Below are positions 40,925-50,651 of a DNA stretch of 64,000 nucleotides, piece after piece. A program made the translations under genes and the position numbers. Source of the stretch: an uncultured delta proteobacterium (lineage in GTDB: Bacteria > Myxococcota_A > Polyangia > Polyangiales > Polyangiaceae); the NCBI GenBank assembly GCA_963696385.1, contig CAVOKF010000007.1, forward strand, positions 672,001 to 736,000. Direction: 5' to 3'. Below the pieces are notes generated by a model that worked only from the letters and a program-made list of their open reading frames with translations, made no database searches and had not been told where the DNA came from. The number at the start of each line of letters is the position of its first letter. The first letter of the stretch is position 1.

Positions 40925-41797
40925 ATGAGGACGTTTGCGGCATCGTCACGCGCGGTCGCTTCAGGCTTTCTGGGCGCGGTCCTCTTGTCGGCGTCCGTCG
41001 CGCAGGCGGATCCCCCGCCCCTCGAGGAGGGACAGCACTTCTCGCTCGACCCGGTCTCCGACGGCGTGATGACGGTGACGGGCTTCGGGTTCGCGGGATT
41101 GCTCGGACTGGTTCTCGGCACCGGCGAGATCAAACCCCCGCTGCCGACAGCCTCCACGAGCCAACTCCTGTTTTTCGACCGAATCGCCGTGACGCAGACG
41201 ATCGATCCGCACGCGGCCACGTACTCGAACATCGGCCTGTATACGGCCATCGGGTTCGCGGTGGTCGATCCCGTTCTGTCGGGCTTTCGGGATGGCACCG
41301 ACGCTTTGCTCGTCGACGCGTTCATGTACGCGGAGTCCGGATCGCTCGCGCTCACGCTCACGGACATCACCAAGATCGCCGTTCGCCGGCCCCGTCCCAT
41401 CGACTACAAGAACTGCGAGCTGCCGACCGGCGCGACCACGGTCCCGGCCAGCTGCAACTCCACCGATCTCGGCCTTTCCTTCTTCTCCGGGCACGCCGCA
41501 GCCGTTTCCGCCATTGGCGCGACGGCAACGTACCTCGCCTTCGTGCGATCGCCCCGCTCGCCTCGCCCGTGGATCACGCTCGGCGTCGCCACGGCGCTCA
41601 CCGCGTTCGTCAGCTACGAGCGCGTCCGAGCGGGCGAGCATTTCCCGAGCGACGTCGTCGCGGGATCGTTAGCGGGCGCGGCCGTGGGCATTCTCGTGCC
41701 GCACCTTCATCGGCACAAAGCGGAGGCTCCGGCCGTCTGGATCGGCGTCGCCCCGGTTCCCGGGGGGGGTTCGCTGGCGTTGCAGGGACGATTCTGA
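40925..41797 (+). CDS. PAP2-family phosphatase
   Basis: KIAVRRPRP, SFFSGH, ERVRAGEHFPSDV; signal peptide. Confidence 0.9.
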   Translation: MRTFAASSRAVASGFLGAVLLSASVAQADPPPLEEGQHFSLDPVSDGVMTVTGFGFAGLLGLVLGTGEIKPPLPTASTSQLLFFDRIAVTQTIDPHAATYSNIGLYTAIGFAVVDPVLSGFRDGTDALLVDAFMYAESGSLALTLTDITKIAVRRPRPIDYKNCELPTGATTVPASCNSTDLGLSFFSGHAAAVSAIGATATYLAFVRSPRSPRPWITLGVATALTAFVSYERVRAGEHFPSDVVAGSLAGAAVGILVPHLHRHKAEAPAVWIGVAPVPGGGSLALQGRF

Positions 41798-41891
41798 GAG
41801 CGGCCAACGCCCCCTGCCCTGCCGCGCGCAGGCGGGCTCACGGCTCCGCACACACTGGAATCGGTTTTTCTGGCGCGGGGGCGCTCCGATG

Positions 41892-43634
41892 TCACCGATC
41901 GGGCCGCTCGAGACCGGCCAGGCGGTAGCCCCGTACCGGCCCCAAATCGTACAGATGCGCCACGAGCGGTCCGGGGGCCACCCCGTCTTGGATGCGCACG
42001 CGAACGTAGCGCGCGGGCGCGTCGTCGGGGGCCCCGCCATCGGCAGCCACGTGGGGCACGGTCACGCAGATCTGTGCCCCCGGTTGCCTTTCCACCTTCA
42101 ACCAAGGTCCGGTCAGGAGCCGCGCCTCGTAGCGAAACGCCCACGGATCGCGCAAACCGCGCCACTCCGCGAGGTCGACTCCACAGAGCCGGTTCGGCCC
42201 ATCGACCCGCACCTGGGCGATGGGCGACACCCGCGTGAGGTAGCGATCGAGAATCTTGGCCAGCCGGCCGTCGAGAACGCTCTGCAGGTAATCGGTGTTG
42301 GCCGGGTCGGCGAGCTTCGCCATCTCGGCCAAGGTTCGGACCATGGGCGGCGTAACGTGCGCCAGGATGCGCGCCATCCACGCGCCGTCGCGCTCGGTCA
42401 TCCGCGAGAACGCCGCGTTCGGGTACTCGTTTTTCCACTGTTCGGGATCGAAGTCTTTGACGTTGAAGTAGCCGAACATCTCGTGGCCCGGGACTTTCCG
42501 GATCTGTTCCCAGACGCGCGCGGTGGCCCCCAGCGTGAAAAAATCCTCCGCGATGTCCCCCCAATCGACGACGTACGCGTAGCCGAGCCGTCGCGAGATG
42601 GGATCCCAGTCCCACACCGACCCGAGAGCGGCACTCGTGCCCATCTGAAGGTGGACGACGTGACCGGGAGACGCGTCGGGCGGCCCGCCCTTCGCCTCGG
42701 TGAACCAGGTGTCGAGCGAATTGCCGGCGCGCGCATCGAAGTGATCGATCCAGGCCGTGAGCAGTCGCGCGGCGCGAAGCTCGCGACGATCTTGGTGCGG
42801 AATGACGTCGTTGGGGTCGTCGCCGCGCACCCCCTCGTAGCGAAACTGCTGAAGGATGTAGCCCGGCACCCACGCGGAGGCGCTGATGCGAAGCAGCCCG
42901 CCGTGCTTGTTGGACTTCGCGAACAGGTCGTCGAGCGCCTTCTGGTCGAAGTCGTAGTAGTCCCCGAAGTTGCCGTGTGCGGCCTTCAACCCGGGTTTCA
43001 GGGTGAAGATCGACGGTCGGACCCACAGCGCCTGCTCGCACGTCGCGTTGTAGCCGACGGCATAGTAGACCGCCTCGCCGATCACCGTGGCCGCGACTTG
43101 GCGTTCGGGCAGTCCGGTGGCCTCGACCTTGACCAGGAACTTGCCCTTGCCGGGCACAGTCATGCGAAAGCCCGGCGTCGACCCGCTGGTCTTGCCCTGA
43201 TCGATGAGCCACGCACCGTCGGGGGTGTGATCCGGGTCGAGGAGCACTTCTTTCTTGCACTCGTTCAGCCGCAGCTCGTCGAGGCTCATCGGGCGAACAC
43301 CGAGTCGGTTGGTAAACCAGGCCGAATCGGGCACCTCGTCCACGCTGTTCACGTCCACGGATTCGCCGCTCGTCACGATCCCAAGAGTCTCGGATAGGGG
43401 TCGAAAGAACAAATTGTCCACGCCGTCCCAGTCGGTGGGGGCGTCGTAGGGCTCCGGAGCGCACGAGATATGGTGGGGATCGCGCGGTTGCGGCGCCTCG
43501 TGGCAGCGCGCAAAGACCGGCTGCAGGTCGGTATCGCGCCAGATCGGCGGGCGAAGCGGAAAGCGCGAATCGGCGGGCCCGCACGAGATCAGAAGGCCGC
43601 CGACCAGAGCGAGGAAGCGTGGTTCAGAACCCAT
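41892..43634 (-). CDS. Uncharacterised lipoprotein with atypical-kinase-like motifs
   Basis: Lipobox LISC; GKTSGSTPGF..FLVKVE; RRELRA..WIDHFDARAGNSLD. Confidence 0.72.
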   Translation of the reverse strand: MGSEPRFLALVGGLLISCGPADSRFPLRPPIWRDTDLQPVFARCHEAPQPRDPHHISCAPEPYDAPTDWDGVDNLFFRPLSETLGIVTSGESVDVNSVDEVPDSAWFTNRLGVRPMSLDELRLNECKKEVLLDPDHTPDGAWLIDQGKTSGSTPGFRMTVPGKGKFLVKVEATGLPERQVAATVIGEAVYYAVGYNATCEQALWVRPSIFTLKPGLKAAHGNFGDYYDFDQKALDDLFAKSNKHGGLLRISASAWVPGYILQQFRYEGVRGDDPNDVIPHQDRRELRAARLLTAWIDHFDARAGNSLDTWFTEAKGGPPDASPGHVVHLQMGTSAALGSVWDWDPISRRLGYAYVVDWGDIAEDFFTLGATARVWEQIRKVPGHEMFGYFNVKDFDPEQWKNEYPNAAFSRMTERDGAWMARILAHVTPPMVRTLAEMAKLADPANTDYLQSVLDGRLAKILDRYLTRVSPIAQVRVDGPNRLCGVDLAEWRGLRDPWAFRYEARLLTGPWLKVERQPGAQICVTVPHVAADGGAPDDAPARYVRVRIQDGVAPGPLVAHLYDLGPVRGYRLAGLERPDR

Positions 43635-45039
43635 GGTTGACCGCGAGGTTGAGACGGACGGAGTCCACCTGCCCGCCGTGTTCGAAGGTCTCCGATCCGC
43701 ACCCGGCGAGGAGCTCGATGGGGTAATCGCCCATGCCGATGCTGGTCAGGGCGACCGAGCCCGAAAAGCGCAACCGTCCAGGGCGAAACCCCTCGAGGTG
43801 CTCGTCGAACACATTGCCGACGGCGGCCTCGAGGCTGCCGCCCAGCCACGGCCCGACCGGCCAGACGTAGTGCAACGCCCCTGCGGCGGCGCTCCGGTCG
43901 ACGAGGCGACCCGGGTAATAGCCGCGCATCGGGCCATCGCCGCCGAGGGTGGCGAGCTCGGTGAAGGGGACTGGATTCGTGCCAATCGGGTCGGCGAACA
44001 CCGCCGTCACCAGGATACCCAGAACGCGCCCGTGCTGGTTGAGGTCGATGTAACCGCCCGCCGTGCCGCCGTAGCGAATCCAACCCGAAGCGGGCGACCC
44101 GCGCACGTCGCTGCCCTGCTCGCCCTTGATCTCCAGATGAACGCCCGACCCGGGCACCGTGTTCTGGGCCGTCGCTTGCTCGGCCGACGTGGGCCAGGGC
44201 GGCCGGGAATCCACAATGAGGTCGAGTCGGTTGTACTCGGCCGAATAGCCACGATCGAAGCCATACGGGATCGCGAACGCTTGCGTCGCCGCTTCGCGCG
44301 TCAGGCTGGGGTCACTGCCGTAGTGCCCGTCGGTCATGTCGGCGATGCGCATGCCGGCGCCCGCCTCGATGCGGCTCTGACGCCAGAAATGCCACTGAAG
44401 CAGTCCCCCGACCTCGAGGGTCTGCTGCGTGTAGCGGCTCTGGTACGATTGGAGCGTGTCGGGGCCGATGCCGTAAAAGACGCGGTCCGGCCGATGAAGC
44501 TCCGACAGGTGAAAGACCACGGCGCGATGGGTGCCGACCGGGATTCGCTCCGTCAACGACGCGGCGTACCAATCCGTGGGCCAGGCCTCCACATGAGCGC
44601 TCAGCCGGTGACCGGCGAAGAACGCGTCGTTCCAAAACGCGTAGATGCCGACGCTCGGGTTGAAGCCGAATTCGAGCAACCCCACCGGCGTGAACCCCGC
44701 CTTGTGCTCCGGTCCGAACGTGAAAAAGTCGTAGACCTTGCGAGGAATGTCTGCGTCCTCGGCCGCCGGAACGACGATCGACAGCGGCCACCGAATCACG
44801 TATTCGCTCACCAGATACAGAGGCGAGAGCAGGATTCGCGGGACCCAGAGCAGCACCTCGCCCGCGGTCGTCGGCTCAGGCCCGCGACCGCTGTAGTCGG
44901 GCACGGCCCGCCGGGGCGATGGAGAGGTCGCCCGGGCGGGCGCCGGGGCCGGGGCGGGCGCCGGGTCGAGCGCATCCCCGTTCGCGGACCGCGCAAGGCC
45001 AACCGCAAGAGCGAGCAGAACGAAAGGGGCGCACCTCAC
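43624..45039 (-). CDS. Omp85-family barrel protein without POTRA domains
   Basis: Signal peptide, FYGIGP, VDSR, LGGDGPMRGYYPGRL, C-terminal GF; overlaps the downstream gene by 11 nt. Confidence 0.82.
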   Translation of the reverse strand: MRCAPFVLLALAVGLARSANGDALDPAPAPAPAPARATSPSPRRAVPDYSGRGPEPTTAGEVLLWVPRILLSPLYLVSEYVIRWPLSIVVPAAEDADIPRKVYDFFTFGPEHKAGFTPVGLLEFGFNPSVGIYAFWNDAFFAGHRLSAHVEAWPTDWYAASLTERIPVGTHRAVVFHLSELHRPDRVFYGIGPDTLQSYQSRYTQQTLEVGGLLQWHFWRQSRIEAGAGMRIADMTDGHYGSDPSLTREAATQAFAIPYGFDRGYSAEYNRLDLIVDSRPPWPTSAEQATAQNTVPGSGVHLEIKGEQGSDVRGSPASGWIRYGGTAGGYIDLNQHGRVLGILVTAVFADPIGTNPVPFTELATLGGDGPMRGYYPGRLVDRSAAAGALHYVWPVGPWLGGSLEAAVGNVFDEHLEGFRPGRLRFSGSVALTSIGMGDYPIELLAGCGSETFEHGGQVDSVRLNLAVNHGF

Positions 45040-45243
45040 GGCCGTGGCTGTACCACCCCCGCCTTCGCGACGAGACCCTCACCCCTTTCGATCCTTGCCA
45101 AAGAATGCGCCGGGCGCACAACGGCGCGCTCTTCGAACCGTGGACCCATACTCCACTCCGATGCCGCGCGAGTGCCGCTTGTGACGTGGATCGCGCGGCA
45201 TTTTTCATGCGCTGCTCCCAGCGCCGGGGCATGGGGCGGCAAA

Positions 45244-45792
45244 CTAGTCGGACGACCCTGCCGCCGCGATGAGCCGGCGAACCTCGACCCGATGCATTTC
45301 GCTTCGTCGCGCGAGCACCGTCGTGCTGGTCGAGCCGTCGGCGCCGGGGCGAACCTCGCTCACGGCCACCGGGGTCACGACGATGTGTCGCGCCACCGGT
45401 CCGCTGGGGTCCGCGAGCATGCGAATCGCTTCGAGCAGTCCTTGATTGAACTCGAAACGTGCCCAGCGAATGGGGGTGGCGTCGCCGCTGGTCCGGGTCC
45501 ACACCAGGTTTTCGCCGCAGCAGCTCGGGGGAGACGACCACTCGCCCGCGCCGTGGTCGGTGAATGCGACGCGGACCGACTCCGGCGTCATGCCGAGACG
45601 CACGCCTCGCACCGCACCCAACGAGACCGGCCGCGCTCGCGCGACGGCGAACCAGAACGCGCCCGCCGCGATCAGTACGATCAGCGAACCGACGGTCCAA
45701 GGCCGGATCGCCCGCCGAACCGGCGGGCCGGCGGCCGGCACCTCCTGCCGGCTAGGGACGTTTTCCGATGGTTGCGAGGATTCGACGCGCAT
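45244..45792 (-). CDS. Hypothetical single-TM protein
   Basis: TM VGSLIVLIAAGAFWFAVA, GVRLGMTPESVR motif; co-oriented with SCO/CusF genes; start uncertain. Confidence 0.55.
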   Translation of the reverse strand: MRVESSQPSENVPSRQEVPAAGPPVRRAIRPWTVGSLIVLIAAGAFWFAVARARPVSLGAVRGVRLGMTPESVRVAFTDHGAGEWSSPPSCCGENLVWTRTSGDATPIRWARFEFNQGLLEAIRMLADPSGPVARHIVVTPVAVSEVRPGADGSTSTTVLARRSEMHRVEVRRLIAAAGSSD

Positions 45793-46087
45793 CCTCGGCC
45801 TCCGTGAATTCGAATGCGACGCGATCGCCCACGACGAGCCCGTCGAGCTGCTCTTTGCGTTCGGGCCAGAACGACATCGTCATCGCGCTCATGTACCCAG
45901 GAATCTCGTCATGCGCGATGTTCACGTACCTGCGATCCGGACCGAACGATCGAATGACGCCCGTGGCTCGGTACCTCTTCGGGTCGGCTTGCGGAGCGTC
46001 CGGCGGCCCTGCCGCAAACCCGACGATCGACCTTCCGAGCAGGAGGGCGCCGCAAACCAGGACCGCGGCCGCCCGCACACGCCGCAT
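45752..46087 (-). CDS. CusF-like periplasmic copper-binding protein
   Basis: Signal peptide; ATGVI..NIAHDEIPGYMSAMTMSF..GDRVAF. Confidence 0.87.
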   Translation of the reverse strand: MRRVRAAAVLVCGALLLGRSIVGFAAGPPDAPQADPKRYRATGVIRSFGPDRRYVNIAHDEIPGYMSAMTMSFWPERKEQLDGLVVGDRVAFEFTEAEDARRILATIGKRP

Positions 46088-46764
46088 CACGACGCCCCGG
46101 TCAGGTCGAGCACGTCGTGCACGAGTCCCACCATTCGTTCCGGGTCGCCGGCCGCGTAGTAGCCGCGAATCCCCCCGTCGCCATCCACGAGCACCAGCCA
46201 CTCGCCGTGCATGATCGTGGCAATGCCGGCGCCGGGATCGGCCCGCTGGAACGTGGTCTTGAAGCCGCCCACCACGACTCGGTCGAGGTCCGCACTGCGG
46301 CCCGACAGAAAGGACCAGCGGCGGGCATCGGCGCCGTACCGAGCGGCATACCGGTCGAGCACCTCGGGGGTGTCGTTCTCGGGGTCGAGCGTAATCGACA
46401 CGAGATGGACGCCTAGCGGCCGCCCGATCTTTTGCTCGCGATCGGCCACGGCCTTCTCGACCGAGGCCATCTGTGCCGTGAGCATCGGGCACGATGTCGT
46501 GCAGGACGCGAAGAAAAAGTCGACAACGAGCACTTGGCCGCGCAGCGTCGTGTCGCTGACGGGTGTCCCACGCTGATCGGGCATCTCGAAGGACGGGATG
46601 TGTCCGAGCACTACGGCGGGGACTTGCTGCGCCCCGGCCCGGGCGTGGCGCCGCGCCACCGAGGCCGTGACCAGCGCGCAGACCGCCAGAGCGGCCAGCA
46701 GTGCGAAGCGGGCATTGTACACCGGGCGATGGCGCGGACTCGCCCCGTCCACGGCGGGTTGCAT
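46087..46764 (-). CDS. SCO-family copper chaperone
   Basis: FFFASCTTSCP (CxxxC), SITLDPENDTPEVL, IMHG..LVD..GIRGYY. Confidence 0.93.
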   Translation of the reverse strand: MQPAVDGASPRHRPVYNARFALLAALAVCALVTASVARRHARAGAQQVPAVVLGHIPSFEMPDQRGTPVSDTTLRGQVLVVDFFFASCTTSCPMLTAQMASVEKAVADREQKIGRPLGVHLVSITLDPENDTPEVLDRYAARYGADARRWSFLSGRSADLDRVVVGGFKTTFQRADPGAGIATIMHGEWLVLVDGDGGIRGYYAAGDPERMVGLVHDVLDLTGAS

Positions 46765-46942
46765 CACGGCGCCAAGTATACGGTCGGCGGCCCGCGAACG
46801 CCATGAGGCGAACTGTCGCACCGGCGCGCAGCCTACCCGCGTGTCCCGGCCGCTCGAGACCGCCACGGCCCGGGCGCACGACCGCTCCGATCGGGGATTG
46901 CGTCAGAGTACGTTCGATCCATCTTGGAAGCGGACAAATGTC

Positions 46943-47533
46943 ATGACCGACACCCTCGCGATCGATCCGAAAACCGCAGCACTGCTCGTCATGGACTTCC
47001 AAACGGCCATCGTGGACGGCTTCGTCGGCGACAAGGTGGCGCTGTTGGCTCGCACTGCCGCCCTCATCGAGGCTGCCCGAAAGGCGAGTGTGCGGGTCAC
47101 CTACGTGGTCGTCGCCTTCCGTGCCGGGTATCCCGAGGTGAGTCCGCGCAATCCGAGCTTCAATGCCCTCCGCTCGACGGGACGCTTTCTCGAGGGTGCA
47201 GCCGGGACCGAAGTCCACCCTTCGGTGGCCCCCCAGCGCGGCGAGGCGGTCGTGACCAAGCGGCGGGTAAGCGCATTCGCGGGGACGGACCTCGACATGC
47301 TCCTGCGTGCCAACGGGATCGAGACACTCGTGATCGCCGGCGTCGCGACGAGCGGGGTCGTGCTCTCGACGGTCCGGCACGCCGCCGACGCCGACTACCG
47401 GCTCATCGTGGTCGCCGACTGCTGCGCGGACCGCGACCCCGAGGTCCACCGCGTGCTCGTCGAGAAAATCTTCGCCCGGTCGGCCACCGTGACGACCGCC
47501 GAGGCGGTGATCGCGGCGCTCTCCAACGTGTGA
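46943..47533 (+). CDS. Isochorismatase-family (cysteine hydrolase fold) protein
   Basis: ALLVMDFQ, KRRVSAFAGTDL, AGVATSGVVLST, DCCAD. Confidence 0.9.
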   Translation: MTDTLAIDPKTAALLVMDFQTAIVDGFVGDKVALLARTAALIEAARKASVRVTYVVVAFRAGYPEVSPRNPSFNALRSTGRFLEGAAGTEVHPSVAPQRGEAVVTKRRVSAFAGTDLDMLLRANGIETLVIAGVATSGVVLSTVRHAADADYRLIVVADCCADRDPEVHRVLVEKIFARSATVTTAEAVIAALSNV

Positions 47534-47563
47534 TCCGAGGCCACCTCCACCCTCGAGCGGTGC

Positions 47564-48153
47564 CTACCGGCTCTGTGGCGTTGGACCCCTCAAGATGGCA
47601 TGCACCCGAGCCCTGTCGCCCAGAAGAAGCTCGATGGCCCGCCCGAGCCCGACCTCCGCGGCGACGACCTTGAGCAGATCTCGGGCGACGCCGTGGCGAA
47701 GGCCGGTTGGATCGCGCTCGGAGCGACGACCTCGGCAGGAGGCCTCTTCGCGGGGGCCTTCGTCTTGACCGCGGCCAACTTGTCCGCCGACCGGATGTTA
47801 TACACGTAGCCGACCTCCAATTGGATTCCGGCGGCCTTCGCCCGGTCCACGATCTCGCCCGGCGACAGGGTCGCGTGGGATCGTACGAAGGCGGCCTTGC
47901 TCACGAGGGCCGGCTTCGATGTCGCGATCGGGGCGTTCGAGGTCTTTTTCGCGGGCGCCGCCGCCTTCTTCGGGACAGCCGCTTTCGCGGCTTTCGCGGT
48001 TCGGCGCACCTCGTAGACGAGGCCGGGCCGGAGATCGATCCCCTTGGCCTTCGCCTTTTCGACGATTTCGGCGGCGGACATCGCGGCGGACTGGGCGCGG
48101 ATAAAGTCGGACTTGTTGACTGGTTTCGGGGTGCTGGTCGTCGTAGGGGCCAT
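47564..48153 (-). CDS. Basic Lys/Ala-rich protein with two helical repeats (paralog A); frameshift at ~47680
   Basis: KSDFIR..SAAEIVEKAK..GLVYEVRR and KAAFVR..SPGEIVDRAK..GYVYNIRS. Adding one G restores EDLLKVVAAEVGLGRAIELL as in paralog B. Confidence 0.8.
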
Positions 48154-48371
48154 GTTCCGTACTGGATTTCAGCACGAGCGACGCGGCATGGCCAACATTC
48201 GCCCGGTTGCTCCCCGCGACGAGCGGCGGAAGGGCCACCGTCGTCGCCGAAGGAATGGATGCCAAAGGATACGGTTAGGCGCGGCGCGCGCCTGGGGAGG
48301 GCGCACCATGACGAACGGCATGGGCTCCTGAAAGCTGCCCATGCCGTGGTCAGCCGCCCAACCCCCGGGGG

Positions 48372-49509
48372 CTACTTCCTCTGAGGCTTCTTGGGCGCAG
48401 CCGGAGCGGGGCGCGGAGCCGCGGGCGCCGTGTGCCCAGCCTTCGCCGCGGGATTCCGTCCGAGCTGGTTCGGCCCTGCCTGCGGGCTCCCTGGACGCTT
48501 CGCTCTTGCCCGTGGGCTCGCTCTTGCCCGCGGGCTCCTTGGACGCTTCGGCCTTGCCTGCGGGCTCCTTCGGCTCCTTGGAGGCTTCGGTTCTGCCTGC
48601 CGGACCCTTGGAGCCTTCGCTCTTGCCGGGCTCCTTGGACGCTTCGGCCTTGCCTGCGGGCTCCTTCGGCTCCTTGGAGGCTTCGGTTCTGCCTGCCGGC
48701 CCCTTGGGGCCTTCGCTCTTGCCGGGCTCCTTGGACGCTTCGGCCTTGCCCGCGGGCTCCCTGCCATTGGTCGGTGTGCCGTGAGGTTCGGCCGAGCTGC
48801 CTCGGGCGGCCGTGGCGCGTCCCTCCGCGTGCTCGTTGCCCGGAGCGCCCTTCGGTTCCGATCGGGGCGTTGCCGTCCGTCCCGCCGCCGCTGTGCGGTG
48901 CTGCGGGGCGGTCGCGCGCGGCAGCGGGCGAGCGGGGCCGGTTGCATGCGCGTAGGCACCGCCCGGGCGATGACCCGGCGCTGGACCCGCTCTGTGCTCG
49001 ACGACGACGTGCTCGCCGCGATGGTAGTTCGCCGGCCGTTCCGGATGGGAAAACTGGATGCGGTCGCCGCCGTAGCTCCGATGCGGAGCATCGTGGGGAC
49101 CCCAGTAGCCCTGCACGTAGACGACGTGGTCGCCCACGCGCTCGTAGTACGGCTCGATGTAGAACTGGCCTTCGGGTGCCACGGCCCAATGCCCCCAATT
49201 CCAGCCCCAGTCCACGCCGTTCCAACCCCAATAGCCACCGACCCACACGTAGGCCGGACCGGGCGAATCCGTCTCCTCTTCGTAGACTGGATTGGGGGGC
49301 TCGCTCGTCGCGGTGACCTCTTCAGGGTCGGTGGGCACGGGCTCGGCCGTGTCGGCCGCGGCTTCTGCCGGCGGGGCCGCGGGTTCGGGCGCGGGCGCTG
49401 GGACTCCGACCGACACAGTCGCCACCGGCGGCTCGGGCGTAGCAACCCTTATCTGAGCGGCGCAGGCCGACAGCAGTACGGGAATCGTGAGCAATCCGAG
49501 GCGTTTCAT
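48372..49509 (-). CDS. YXWGXW-repeat lipoprotein with repetitive charged tail; probable frameshift at ~48453
   Basis: Lipobox LSAC; YVWVGGYWGW..WNWGHW..YVQGYW; SD GGAGG. Deleting one base gives EPAAK..KKPQRK-stop at 48372. Confidence 0.8.
48483..48760. repeat. 96-nt (32-aa) tandem repeat, ~2.4 copies plus sub-repeats
   Basis: GGGCTCCTTGGACGCTTCGGCCTTGCC recurs at 48532, 48628 and 48724. Confidence 0.9.
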
Positions 49510-49766
49510 TGATCCTCCCATTTGCGCAACCGCGGCCGTTGCCGCCGATACCTGCGCTTGCACTTGTGTACCAGAAGCGCGCTCAGTGGAGTGCGCCGCA
49601 ATGGACGGTGACGTTCGACATTTCGCAGTGACGGAGGCCGTCACCACCGTGACGTACCGGCGGCCGTTGGGAGCCGAAGCCAGCCCCCAATCCGCTTTCG
49701 ACGATGTCGGTCACCGTAGTTGAATGCAAAACTAAAACCAACTTTTCGATACCATGGCTTGCTTTT

Positions 49767-49804
49767 GCTCCGCAAGACGGAAAAGCGCTCCACAAGACGG
49801 AAAA
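49767..49804. promoter_or_regulatory. 18-bp direct repeat, period 20
   Basis: GCTCCGCAAGACGGAAAA at 49767 and GCTCCACAAGACGGAAAA at 49787 in an AT-richer divergent intergenic region. Confidence 0.6.
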
Positions 49805-50060
49805 ACGGGCGGAGGCGAAGATCGGGTTAACCCGGATCCATCGAGTGTTGCGCCCGGTATCCCGGTATATCGATGACGGACCTCCACCTTCGCTGTGCCG
49901 CCGGCGCGCGCCCTCACTGCCGCTTGCATCGGCAAAAACCCGCCACCCTCTGGAGACCCGCCGCTCGGTGCCGGATCACAAAAGGCCCCATCCAGGTGTT
50001 GATTTCAAAAATTGGACATTGCCCACATGGCCTGGACCGTGCTGAACTCTCGCGCTCAAC

Positions 50061-50651
50061 ATGGCCGCCGAGAAAACCAACCCCTCCGACAAGAAACCAC
50101 TGACCAAGTCCGACTTCATTCGCCAGCAACCGGCGAGCCTTTCCGCCGCCGAAGTCGTCGCGAAGGCGAAAGGCGAGGGGATCGAGTTCGGCCCTGGGCT
50201 CGTCTACGAGGTCCGCCGGCTTGGGAAAGCCAAGAAGAGCGCGGTACCGACGAAGGCGGTGGCGGTCGCGAAGAAGACCTCGACCGGATCGAACGGATCC
50301 GTGGCGAAGCCCGTGCCCAGCAAGGCCGACTTTGTTCGCAAGTTCCCTAACCTCTCCCCCAAAGAGGTCGTCGAGAGGGCCAAGGCCGAGGGTGTCACGT
50401 TCGACGTTGGATACGTTTACAACATCCGGTCCGCGGATAGGGCGGCCGAGGCGAAAAGGAAGCCCTCTCCAAAGCCGACCGCCGCAAAGCCCCAGCCGGC
50501 CGCCGTGAGCGCAAGCCGACCGTCCGCCCCCGCGAGCGCCACCGCCACCGAGGATCTGCTGCGTGCCGTCGCCGCTGAAGTCGGGCTGGGGCGAGCGGTC
50601 GAGATCCTCGCGGGCGAGCGGGCAAGGGTGCACTCCATCCTGCGAGGCTGA
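50061..50651 (+). CDS. Basic Lys/Ala-rich protein with two helical repeats (paralog B)
   Basis: KSDFIR..SAAEVVAKAK..GLVYEVRR; KADFVR..SPKEVVERAK..GYVYNIRS; C-terminal EDLLRAVAAEVGLGRAVEIL. Confidence 0.85.
   Translation: MAAEKTNPSDKKPLTKSDFIRQQPASLSAAEVVAKAKGEGIEFGPGLVYEVRRLGKAKKSAVPTKAVAVAKKTSTGSNGSVAKPVPSKADFVRKFPNLSPKEVVERAKAEGVTFDVGYVYNIRSADRAAEAKRKPSPKPTAAKPQPAAVSASRPSAPASATATEDLLRAVAAEVGLGRAVEILAGERARVHSILRG

Noticed and set aside
48483..48760. CRISPR array
   Set aside because: Repeats are contiguous, in-frame and coding, with no unique spacers and no cas genes
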